Assembly: GCA_051362555.1 (NCBI GenBank)
Contig: CM120644.1
Coordinates: 22,032,534-22,096,533 of the forward strand
Reading direction: 5' to 3'
Source: Lingula anatina
Lineage: Eukaryota > Animalia > Brachiopoda
DNA: 64,000 bases
Position 1 is the first letter of the stretch. Every line of letters begins with the position of its first letter. The position numbers and the translations under genes are program-made. This document shows positions 12,465 to 25,124 of this stretch, piece by piece. The notes below the pieces were generated by a model, which searched no databases, was not told where the DNA came from, and worked only from the letters and a program-made list of their open reading frames with translations.

Positions 12465-15400
12465 ATGACCAACGTTGTTGTACAGAGTTTCTCTGAGTTA
12501 TTCGCTACCATTGGTTTGCCGACAGTTATGATATTCGCGGCAGTGTTGTTGTTAAGTCTGTGGATCCTGTCATCCAGCAATCCTCGGGTGAACTGGCCGC
12601 CCGGACCATTATGTTTCCCCGTGGTGGGATGTCTCCCTCAGCTGATGATCAGCGGTAAAAAACGACAACCGACAGATCTTCTGCCATGGTATGATACATA
12701 CGGAGATATCATGCACATCAAACTTGGAGAACAACACATGATAATGCTGGGGACTTATGAGTTGATAGAAGAGGCCTTCGTGAAGAATGCAGCTACAGTC
12801 AGTGCTAGGCCTACCTGGGTATATTTTTTAAGACAAATAGTAGGAAAAGACGGTAATTAAAGAGATTTCTTTTTATGCATGTTAGCATTCCAGTAGACAA
12901 GGACCCAGGTCCCTATTAGCATAACATGTAGGGCACGCTATAGTAAACAAACTGATATTGTTTGGTTTTGCTCGTCACCCCCCCCCCCCCCCCCCCCCAA
13001 TCCACCAAATCCAACTTTGGTACATGCTCTCACAATCATTTAGGAACAAACTTAAGTGTGCAGTGTGAAGGCCTCGCCGAGTAAATTGGCCTTGTAACTT
13101 GAAAGCATCGCGCATTGCGACCAAGCGCAACCGTCTCGATTCCATAACTCGCCCATACTCGCCCCATTTAATACATTGAAGCCTCTATGCGTTATCGCTA
13201 TTCACAGTACGCAATGCTTTCGAGTTACGGGTCCTTGATATATTTTATGTAGATGTAAATTGCAGGTGCTGGAGTTTTATTTAAAAACGGACACGCATGG
13301 AAGGAGCTGAGGAGATTCACACTCTCGTCCCTTCGAGATTTCGGCCTTGGGAGAAAAAGTTTACAAGAAAAAATTCAGGATGAGGCCAGATACTTGGTGC
13401 AAAGCATTGAAGATGAAAATGGAAAGGCTTTCTCTCCAAGGGATAGGGTTGGAAAAGCTGTCAACAACATTATTTCTTTTGTAGTGTTTGGAGCTAGGTA
13501 ACTGAATAGCTACACTTAGCAACTAGTAAAAATATTTAAGATGTTTTAAGTGATTTGCGGACTATGTGTATATACTGTATATACATGTACTGCCGTACGG
13601 TGCAGAAATTTAAGTTAAATAATTTAACCAGCCAACTCATAAAGGAAGTTATTTACCAGGGGCAGATCCAGGACTACTGTATGAAGAGGGATCCAACAGG
13701 CCTCAGATGCAAAGCCGACCCTCGCCCCCACCCCCTTGTAGTGGGGTTTTGGCGCCCTCTGAAAGGCCCAAAAAATTTGGTATTTTAGAGGGCAAAGGGT
13801 GCCACATACGGTTTAGAACTAGAATTCAGCTAGTCGAAAGTCAAATCTCAAGGGGGAGTATTGGTGTGATTTTTTGTCAGAAATCGAAAAGGGGTGGGTG
13901 GGTCGCCCCCCCCCCTGACAGCCCCCTAAATCTGCCACTGTGTACTATGCTAAAACAGTTGACAAACGTTAACATGGCTCCGCCGTATGCGTGAAGCACT
14001 AGTGTATATTCTATTTTTTATCTAAATCATGAAACAATGAGTTTCATCTGAGATCTGAGATGGCGACTGCCTTGTAAAAGCTCACAGAATGTCATGTGTT
14101 TATCTTTCTGACCATTTTCTCCTACGTTTTTCCAAACTGACATCTATTGTTTAACAATTTTTATATGTCACTTTAAAAAAAATATAACAAAGCGTGAAAA
14201 AGCACTTTTTTAATTTAAAAATTGCTTCTTTAAACGAATCTCCCAGCATAGCGAGTTTCAATTTATCTGCTGAAAAAGGCCCACCTTACGTGGATTCTCG
14301 TTTTAAAATATCGTGTGACGTCACGCAGTACTCTTTCTATGCCTTCTCGGATGAAGTCCATAATGTATTATCTTTATTTTATAAAAGTGACAATATCCTT
14401 AAAACGATTTCAGATATGACTATGATGAAACCCCAGCGATGTTGCCAATTTTGGAGGAATCCTTGAGAATGAACAAAGGAGGCCCATTGTCATTTACCAA
14501 CTTGGTGCGCTTCTTCTTGCCGGTAAAATAGAATTATTTATATTTAAGACCTATTACTTAGTGCTTATTCAAAAGATTTTCACCTTTACTTTTTTCTTCA
14601 TTTCATTTTGCTGTTAAATTTTTAGAAATTCTGAATAAATTCATATATTTCGAAATCAGACCATTTGGCGGTACAGTGCTGACTTTAAGTTTTTGCGACA
14701 AAATTTGCGCCATAAACCTCAAGAACGCGTTTCAAATCCTACAAAATTAAGATAAATTTTATTTTAGGTGAAAAATGTATTTGCCCCCGTGGACAAATTG
14801 TATTTGGAAAATAGCACAGTTTATATGAAAGACTCTATTTTTGCAATATGTATATATACAGCAATACGTTTCGATTTAAACAAAAATTTGGACACTTTCA
14901 TTTCAGAAGAAGAAGTTCGCCCTCTTGGATAAATTCTATAGTTTGGAAAGACAGGAGGTAGAACGACATCGCCAGTCCTTTGATCCAACTGACATCCGGG
15001 ACTTCATTGACCTCTATATAAAGGTCACTCAAGACAGACTAGATCCAGAGATTTTCACAGGCATGACGATTTCACATAGAGAGCTAATCCCGACCTGACA
15101 ACTCTCTTTCAAACGTTTGGTTCACAGCGTATCGCCCGATAAAATTTCGATAATTTTCATCACCGTCTTCTTATTGTAAACACCGTCTATTGATTGTAAT
15201 CATCATCTACTTATTATTATTTTTCTTACTTTGAGCTCTCCTTTTTTTTACGTTTTTAGAATGGAACGTATTCCGCATCATAGTAGATTTGTATTTGGCT
15301 GGAACTGACACAACAGCAAATACTTTGAGATGGTCCCTTATCCACATGGTAAATCACCCGGATGTACAGAAGAGGGTACAGCAGGAAATTGATCAGGTAA

Positions 15401-17235
15401 CGACTCAAAGTACAAATAAACAAGAGCGAGAGATTAAAGGATCTTGTGTTCTTATTTCTTATTTTCTTATTCTGTGTGAAAAAAATGTGTTTATCCCTTT
15501 TTGTTTGTAAAACACGTTCATGAAATTTGACCTAAACCGATTTGTGGAGAGACAATGGTGTGAGGCATATTGTTAAGTAGTTTGACCTCATAGAGCCAAC
15601 ATATATTGGATAAATGATTTTATCTAAGGTCATAGGTCAAGGTCGTGTTGCCAATTTGGATGACAAGGCCAGGATGCCGTTCACTGAAGCAACCATCCTG
15701 GAGGTCTTTCGCATGTCTCCTGTTGGTCAGTAACTTTTTCGCATTTATACATATTTCAAATTTTAATACCAATGCCAATAAAAAGCCATTCAACAATAAT
15801 AAAGATACATCAGTGTTTGCTTTTTATCAATTAAAATTGGAAAATTATTAATTAAAAAATACAAATAAATAAATAAATTGTTCAATTTCTGGTCCTGTAC
15901 CCATTAAATTCGGTCTGTTTAACTGGAAATCCAACCTAAATGCTTTTAGGGCAATTCTAACAAAGTCTTTTTCACAATTCCCTCTCATCACCCATGATGA
16001 CCAAAGGACAAGTCAACTTTATTATAGAAAATAGTGGAAACAGTGAGGATGTTATGGCAACGAATAAAAGCACACATAATTTATTCATGGGTAGATTATT
16101 ACTGCAGAACAGCACGACTTTACCTGTGGGTATCACTTTTAGTTGCTTTCTAATATGACCTTCCCGGGAGACTGCGTTCCGCCCTTATCACTGTGAAATG
16201 TTATCCAGCCCCTCGTGTATTCTCGCATGTTCTCGTATGACGTCACGCTATGGTTTTCCTTCGAATGAATCAATTCAAAATGAAAAAATATTCTTTCATT
16301 CCATGTCATCAGTTCCCTCTGGTGTTCCCCATGCCACCAGTGAAGCGACAACTTTGGCCGGATACACAATTCCCAAGGGCACCATAATACTGGGAGATTT
16401 GCACCGGGTTCTTCACGATAAGAATAACTTTGAGGATCCTTACAAGTTCAAACCAGAAAGATGGCTTGATGGTGATGGTAAAGTGATCAAGTCGGACAAA
16501 ATGATACCATTTTCCATAGGTACGTTACTTTACATTACACCTACATGTTAACCGTGCAGCAACGCATTAGTGAAATTTCTTATTATGTCTATATTAACAA
16601 CTAAACCTTGTCTCTGTTAGGAAAATCAGAATTGTTCCAATCATATCCAATACGAAATGCTCAAGATCTACTTTATACACATAATTTACTAACTGATACC
16701 CTTTACATTTAACACTGAACCATGAAACATGATCATGTTTGGCAGCAAAGAATGTTACCACTCGGCCAGCAAATCCTGCTATTTGCTGTGGCATTGAAAA
16801 TATATTATTCCTGTCACACATGGCAAAGCTTTACGGAAATTGTCAAAGAGAGTTAAAACCAAATTTAAACTGCGGCCACTATCTTCCCACTGCCCACAGG
16901 TATTGCTAACGCCTGTCAGTTGTCAACAGATCTTTCTAGTTTAGGAGAAAAACGTGCAAAGGAGACACGAGATGATCTATTATATATAGATATAAATTTA
17001 TTCATGTAATTAAGTGTACATTTTCTCATTGTGAACGATTATTTGTATTTCAGGGCCTCGTGTTTGTCTTGGTAAGGGACTGGCTGAAATGGAATCGTTC
17101 ATTTTCTTCGCCACGTTGCTTCAGAACTTCACCTTCAAGGTACCGGAGGGGGAGAACCCGCCCAGTGGAGTAGAGGGTCTGCATGCCATAACTTTCTCGC
17201 CACACGATTACAATGTGTACGCAGTTAGGCGCTAG
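12465..17235 (+). CDS. Cytochrome P450, CYP2 clan, copy 3 (8 exons; intron 4 begins GC)
   Basis: Exons 12465-12852, 13266-13497, 14414-14522, 14907-15060, 15260-15396, 15629-15725, 16313-16519, 17054-17235. Exon lengths match copy 2 and all P450 motifs are intact. Confidence 0.9.
13088..13234. mobile_element. Small MITE-like inverted-repeat element
   Basis: GTAACTTGAAAGCATCGCG ... CGCAATGCTTTCGAGTTAC inverted termini. Confidence 0.6.
13657..13940. mobile_element. MITE with CAGGGGCAGAT..ATCTGCCACTG termini (hAT-like)
   Basis: Imperfect TIRs. Only the left end survives at the homologous site of copy 2 (about 6753). No clear TSD. Confidence 0.55.
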
Positions 17236-18357
17236 AAATATACTGACTGGAACGATAAACTGAATCTTAGGTTATTCAAAGCAGCATTTTAGCCCACGCC
17301 TCACTTACTATAGATATCATTACATATACACCTTTGGTATTGAAATAAACCACAAAACACAAAGGTCATTTATATAGTTGCAAATTTATTGGCTTTTTTT
17401 ATATCTTGCCCTGACAGTTAGATATGGAAATAAGATATGTTATATAAAAATATATGTACACAATTCCGCCCTATCGATATGATAAAATGAGTTGTTAACT
17501 TAAAGAGAATGAAAAGATAGACAAAATGTGAATGTAGATCTTTCCAGTTATCAAAAACTGTAATATGAAGTGGTCTTTCACAACATGAAAAGTGATAAAT
17601 GAACTCTTGAAAAATAAAAGTTCATGTAATTGACGGTGATTTCGAGATGTAAAAGTCAGAAGAAAGGGACATTTTCCATAATGGAAGTTAAAGATGACCT
17701 TTCGTCACGAAAAAGTGATGAAAGATGAGGGCTCATATTTGGTAACATTTTGTAAATAAATGTAATGTGATAAAATATGTTTTGTTTGTGCAGTGAATGA
17801 GATTCAAGTTGTCTTCTGTTTAAAAAATCAAGATCCTATCACTTGGTTTCGGTTTTGAACATCTTGTCCTCAGAATGGGCTTCTTCTCATCCGGGATATT
17901 TAAGAGAACTGCATTAATACATCTGAATGAATTCATACACTATATTCATCACGATTTTATGTATGTTATTGTCATAACTTAGCTGGTTTCTGGTATAAGA
18001 TATGTAAATGCATGCTCTCAAGATCGTAGTTAGATTGAGCAAAAGTATTTTGTTAAAACTCCTTGGGTTGAAGTAGACGGATAACTTTTGCGTCTGTTTT
18101 TTTTTAAATCATTCCTTGAACTTTCGTGTGGAATCTCGCCATCTCTTCATGTCAATGATGTTAAAATCATGGTTGCATAAAACGCCTCTGCAGTAATACC
18201 TGCACGTAAACACGTATACATTGCACATAAAGGTGTCAGGAATACAAAGTAGATCTTGGTATGGCATACACGTTTAAAGCCTTACAGCTGTATACTGCTT
18301 ATGCATTTCTAGTTCTGACATAATACTGGAAAAGTTGCTGTAACTGTGAAATCCAAA

Positions 18358-21300
18358 ATGGCCAACGTTGTGCAGAGTTTCTCTGAGTTTTTTGCAACCC
18401 TTGGTTTGTCGACAGTTTTGATATTCGTGGTAGTGTTTTTGTTAAGTCTGTGGATGTTGTCGTCGAGGAATCCTCGGGTGAACTGGCCGCCCGGACCTGT
18501 CTGTTTCCCCGTGGTGGGATGTCTCCCACAGCTGATGATCAGCGGTAGAAGACGACAACCGACAGATCTTCTTCCATGGTATGATACTTACGGAAATATC
18601 ATGCACATCAAACTTGGTGAACAACACATGATAATGCTGGGGACTTATGAGCTGATAGAAGAGGCTTTCGTGAAGAATGCAGCTACAGTCAGTGATAGGC
18701 CTACCTGGATATATCCTATAAGACGATTGGTCGGGAAAGACGGTAAATAAAGATATTTCAACTTTTTTATGCAAGTTAGCTGTGTGAGTTTGGAGATAGA
18801 ATGTGTGTGTGTGATGTGTGTGGGTTTTTGTGGGCGTTTATGTGATGGCAATAATTTTGTGTGTGTTTGATTGTGATTGTGTTTCTCTCCATCTCCATTT
18901 TTGTGTCTGGTAATTAAGGTAATTGGGCCATTATATATGCTTATTATATGTAAACTGCAGGTGCTGGAGTTATCTTTAAAAACAGACACGCATGGAAGGA
19001 GCTAAAGAGATTCACACTCTCGTCTCTTCGAGATTTCGGCCTTGGGAGAAAAAGTTTACAAGAAAAAATTCAGGATGAGGCCAGATACTTGGTGCAAAAC
19101 ATTGAAGATGAAAATGGAAAGGCTTTCGCTCCCAGAGACAGGATTGGGAAAGCTGTCAGCAACATTATTTCTATCATAGTGTTTGGAGCTAGGTAACTGA
19201 ATAGCTAAACTTAGCGACTAGTAAAACTATTTAAGATATCTTAAATGATTTGGGGAGTATGTGTATAGATTTACATGTACTGCCGGTACGGTGCACAAAT
19301 GTAAGTTAAATTATTTAATTAGCCATATCTTCAAGTCAATTGGCTTCTTCTGAGATCGTCCAAAGTCTCTCGAAATATCTGGAAATCAAACGAAATGTCG
19401 CGAGATTTGAAAGAGAGCATGATCAGAAATCATCGCAGACCTTGCATTTTTTTCACACTGCAAAGAGCCTGATATTTTGAGGTACCGACTCATTAATCAA
19501 TCATTCCAGATATAGAATGGATGCTCTCCTAGAATTAACAGAAGTTGCAAATAAATTGATTCTACCTGCCATAGTTCCGGGCCTGTCTGTAAGCCGAGTG
19601 TTGGAAAAACAACCCAGCGGGCAAATTATGTTGTTTTAACGTTGAAACAACGTTGAACCATAACGTTGAGTAGACATTGGATAAACGTGGGATTTGAAAG
19701 TTGTGTCATCCTCAGATAACAACGTTGTATCAACGACAGAAAACAATGTTATAGAAACCCCACCCAGCGGGAAATAAGCCTGGATGTGTTTAGCAGTAGG
19801 ACATGTTTGATGGCTAAGTATATGTAGGGTATAAATGTATGGCCTTTAAGTTAAAATGTCCAAGGTTTAGATTAATATATAGTTCTTATATATATATATA
19901 ACAAAGTCACAGTCACCTCAACCTGTCTATCTATAGCAGGTTACCAAGAACTGTTAACTCCATCACATTTACAGCAACTTATTCATCCTAGTGTTAGCTG
20001 GCCTTGCAAGTATTTCAGTTTATTGGAATGTATTTCTGAATAACAAGTTAAGAAAATACACTAGTTAACTAAAGACACAAAACAACTGTCACTTTTACTT
20101 TAAACCCCTTTTGTTATTATATTGATAAATTTAGTTACAGTATTGATAAACAAAGTTTTCAATAATTAATATTTTAAATTACAATCCATAACTGCAAGGT
20201 TGTGTCATTGACCAAAATACAACGTTGAGTCAATGTCACATTATGATGGTGTTTCGACGTGGCTGGATCAACGTTGATTTAACTTTGAATTTAGGTAGAT
20301 CAACGGCAATTCAACGTATCAACCTGTTTTCAACGTTTATCGAACGCAACTATGCCTGCTGGGAATGAAATGGCTCCGCATACTTAGTTTCACGAGGGAT
20401 TAAAAGCGATTGCCAAGCATATGTCTTGTGGATGTTATGACTTGCTAATAAGAAAATGGTGTACATTCAATTGTTTATCTAACCATTTTTTATTCCTGGA
20501 CTCGAATCTGCCGTGTGGCAACATATATAAACTTACAAAATTTCATCCAATATTATCTTTCTGGCCGTATTATTTTACGTTTTGTCATTCTGCAATCTAT
20601 TGTAGAACAGTTTTTTACGTTTCATTTTGGAATAAATTCTTCAATAGAAACTCCCAGCATGGTGGATTTCACTTCATTCGAGCATGGTGTTTCACTTCAT
20701 CTTCTGAAAAACGACGCACTTCGCGCAAATTCTCGTTTTAAAATGTCGTATGACGTCACTAGTACTACAGTCTCTTTTAATACGATCTCGGTTGAAGTCC
20801 ATTATGTTTTTTAATAAAAGAAAGTGTTTCCTAAAATGATTTCAGATATGACTATGAAGACACCCCAGAGATGTTGTCAGTTTTGGAGGAATCAGAGCGA
20901 CTGAACAAAGGAGGGCCTCTGGCCTTTACCAACTTGGCGCGCTTGCTTTTTCCGGTAAAATGGAACTATTCCAAACATTTTGCATAAGACCTTTTACATA
21001 GTGCTTATAATTCCCCTATATATTTTTCTTCATTTCCTATTCATTACTGGCGTATATTTTGTTAATTTTTGAGCAATACTTAATGAATTCATTAATTTCA
21101 GAATCAGACCATTGTCGACCTAGAGAACTTACTTTACTTGTAAAAAATTTGACTGACAAAGCGTGTGCCTCAATTAAACCACAAGAAAATTCCGATTCCT
21201 ACAAAATTAAAGTTTTCATTCATATGAAAAATATATTCGCCCTCCTGGACAAATTGTATATTTTGTATTTGGTTCTTGTAAAAAGCCTGTTGCAAAATTT

Positions 21301-23635
21301 GTGTCAAAAATTGCAAGAATGTTACTCAATTTAAGCAAAATTTGGTAAATTTCATTTCAGAAGAAGAAATTCGTCCTCATGGATGAATTATATAGTTTGA
21401 TTAGACAGGAAGTAGAGCGGCACCGCCAGTCCTTTGATCCGACTGACATCCGGGACTTCATTGACCTCTATATAAAGGTCACCCAAGAGAGACTAGATCC
21501 AGAGATTTTTACTGGTATGTAACCGATTTCACGTACAGATTTGATCCCGACTTGATGGGATTCAACAGATGACTGTCTTTAAACGTTAATTAGGTGCATA
21601 ACATACCTGGTATTACCCGATTAAATATCGATAATTTTCATCGCCGTCTCCTAATTGTAAACTCTGCCCATTGATTGTTATCACCCTCTACTTATTATTA
21701 TTATTATTACAGATTGGAACGTTTTCCGCATCATAGTTGATCTGTATACGGCTGGAACCGACACAACAGCTAATGCTTTGGGATGGTCCCTGGTTCATAT
21801 GGTAAATCACCCGGATGTACAGAAGAGGGTACAGAAGGAAATTTATCAGGTAAAGACCCACAGTACATTGTATAAATGAACAAGAGCGGGAAAATTAGAC
21901 GATCTTGTGTTATTATTTTTTTACTTTTTAATTCTGTGTAAAATATATGTATTTATGCCCCGTTGTTTGTAATGCATGTTCACGAAATTTGTCCTTAACC
22001 AATTTGTCGAGAGGCAGTCACGTGAGGCAAATTGTAAGTGGGTTGACCTCCCATAGCCAACACATTCATATTGGATCTCTATGCCCACCACATGAGATGG
22101 ATTTCATTAAGCAGTTCTGAATGTGATTTAATTATTTTCACTAATTAAAAAAACCGTGATCGTACATCAAAGGAGTTACTTGGTATAAGCTCTTATGTTT
22201 CGGTCAGTTGGAATAGTGGATGTTTGCCGTCAGTCAATTATCCCCACTTTGCTATCCCCACTTTGAACAGAGCCAAGAGGTGATCTCAGCTAAAGTCAGT
22301 AATTGTACAATGTTACTAGATTAAAGCGCGTGTTTCGTAACGATATGGTATTCTTTGTTTATTAAATGTATTTTTAAATTAAAATTTAAGGTCATAGGTC
22401 AAGGACGTGTTGCCAAGATGGAGGACAAGGCTAGCATGTCGTTCACTGAAGCAAACATACTGGAGGTCTTTCGCATGTCTACTGTTGGTCAGCAACTTTT
22501 TCTTTACATATTTCGAATTTAAATTGCCAACAAAAAAACTTCATTTAACAAAACTAGAGATACAGCGGTGTTTCCTTAATTAAATTCCGTCTTGGCATAC
22601 TGCGACATTTAATTTATAAAAATAGAAAACAAAGAAAATTAAAAGAAGAAAATAATTTGTTCGATTTCTGGTCCTGTTTCCGGGGTTTAACTACATGTAG
22701 TTCTCGTCTGAACAAACTTATGGAGAAGAGGGGAAACAGGGTGTTACGGCAATTAATACAAGTACGCATAATTTATTTACGTGTAGTTCGTTCGAATTAG
22801 TGTATTGTAGAACAGAACCAATTTACCTTTGGTGTCACTTTTAAGTTGCTTTCTAATATTTATATCTCGATACACTGAGTGCCAGTCTGTAAAATGTTAC
22901 CCAACTTCTTGTGAATTCTCGCAAGTTGTCGAGTCTCGTATGACGTCACGCTGTGGACTCCATTCAAATAAATCATTTCAAGTACGAGAAATCTTTCATT
23001 CCATGTCATCAGCTCCCTCTGGTGGTCCCCATGCTACCAGTGAAGCTACAACTTTGGCCGGATACACCATTCCCAAGGGCACCATAATACTAGGAGATTT
23101 GTACCGGGTTCTTCACGATAAGAATAACTTCGATTATCCTTACAACTTCAAACCAAAAAGATGGCTGGATGGAGATGGTAAAGTGATCAAGTCAGACAAA
23201 ATGATACCGTTTTCCATAGGTACGTTACTTTACATAAGACCTTCATGTTACCATGCAGTGGCACATTTGTGAAATCATTACTTATTTATGTCTATATAAA
23301 CAACTAAACCTTGTCTCCTAAAGATAATCAGAATTGCTAAAATCCGATCTAATAGGAAATACATAAGAGCTACTTTATCTTCATAATATATATAAATTTA
23401 TTTATGTAATTTAGTGTACACTTTCTCATTGTTATCGGTTATTTGTATTTCAGGGCCTCGTATTTGCCTGGGTAAGGGACTGGCTGAAATGGAATCGTTC
23501 ATTTTCTTCACCACGTTGCTTCAGAATTTCACCCCCAAGGTACCGGAGGGGGAGAACCCGCCCAGTGGAGTAGAGGGTCTGCATGGCCTCACTTTCTCAC
23601 CACTCGATTATAATGTGTGCGCAGTTAGGCGCTAG
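18358..23635 (+). CDS. Cytochrome P450, CYP2 clan, copy 4 (open frame, several motif substitutions)
   Basis: Exons 18358-18742, 18961-19192, 20846-20954, 21361-21514, 21713-21849, 22391-22487, 23013-23219, 23454-23635. Heme Cys kept (PRICLG), but WKELK and PKRW variants. Confidence 0.88.
19613..20363. mobile_element. Non-autonomous DNA transposon (CCCAGC termini, 2-bp TSD; CMC-like), 751 bp
   Basis: TIR CCCAGCGGGCA / TGCCTGCTGGG, TSD AA, CAACGTTG subterminal repeats. Clean empty site in copy 5 intron 2 (about 26388). Confidence 0.87.
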
Positions 23636-25124
23636 AAATATGTGGAATGAAACGATTAACTGAATCTTATAGTTTATACAAAGCAGAATTTTATCCCACA
23701 CCTCACATACTATAGATATCATTACATAAACACATTTGGTATTGAAATTAAGCACAAGCCTCAAGGGTCACTTGTATCTACCCTGAGTGTCAGAGCAACG
23801 TTAAAGCTAGCTTGCTAAATATACCTTGTGGTGGAGTCGCTTTTACTAACTCTGAAGACCAGCGGCCATGAAAGTTTTCCATCAATCAAATAGAACTGCT
23901 CCGCAGTGAAAATGCAGTTGAATGTCATCAGACCAAAATAAAACGTAAAACAAATTTAATTCTGCTTTATTTAATTTTATTTGCTGTATTTAAGATGTAA
24001 AGTGAAAAAATAAATAATATTCTTCGGAAAGAAAAGATATATCCAATGTTTTTGTATTTTTTGCTTCTCAAGGAACATTTAGTCCTGAGATATACACGTG
24101 CACAATACATGTGCTTGCCGTGTGCCAAATTTGACAGCTACACTGTATGCCCGATACCACTATAAGGGCTGCGCAATGGCTACACGAAAAATTGTTAGAT
24201 ATGGAAATAAGATATGTTATATACAAATATATGTACACAATACCGCCCTATCGATATGATAAAATATTTAAAGAGAATGAAAAAATGGGCAAAATGTGAA
24301 AGTAGATATTTCCAGTTATCAAAAACTGGAGTATGATGTGGTCTTTCACAACATGAAAAGTGATAAATGAACTCTTGAAAAATAAAAGTTCATGTAAATG
24401 ACGGTGTTTTCGAGATGTAAAAGTCAGAAGAAAGGGACGTTTTCCATAATGGAAGTTAAAGATGATCTTTCGTTACGAAAAAGTGATCAAAGATGAGGGC
24501 TCATATTTTGGTAACATTTTGTAAATAAATGAAATGTGATAAAAGACCTTTTGTTTGTGCAGTGAATGAGATTCGTGTTGTCTTCTGTTTAAAAAATCAA
24601 GATCCTATCACTTGGTTTTCGGTTTTGAACATCTTGTCCTCAGAATGGGCTTCTTCTCATCCGGAATATTTATGAGAACTGCAGTAAGACAACTGAATGC
24701 ATACACGATATTCATCACAATTTTATGTATGTTATTGTCATAACTTAGCTGGTTTCTGATATAAGATATGTAAATACATATGCATGCTCTCAAGATCGTA
24801 GTTAGATTGAGCAAATAGTATTTTGTTAAAACTCCTTAGGTTAAAGTAGACGGATCACTTTTGCGTCTGTTTTTAAAAAATTATTCCTTGAACTTTCGTG
24901 TGGAATCTCGCCATCTCTTCATGTCAATGATGTTAAAAACATGGTTGCATAAAACGCCTCTGCAGTAATACCTGCACGTAAACACGTGCATTGCACATAA
25001 AGATGTCAGGAATAGATTTTGTTTCGTATGGCATACACGTATAAAGCCTTACAGCTGTATACTGCTTATGCAATTCTAGTTCTGACATAATACTGGAAAA
25101 GTTGCTGTAACTGTGGAATCCAAA

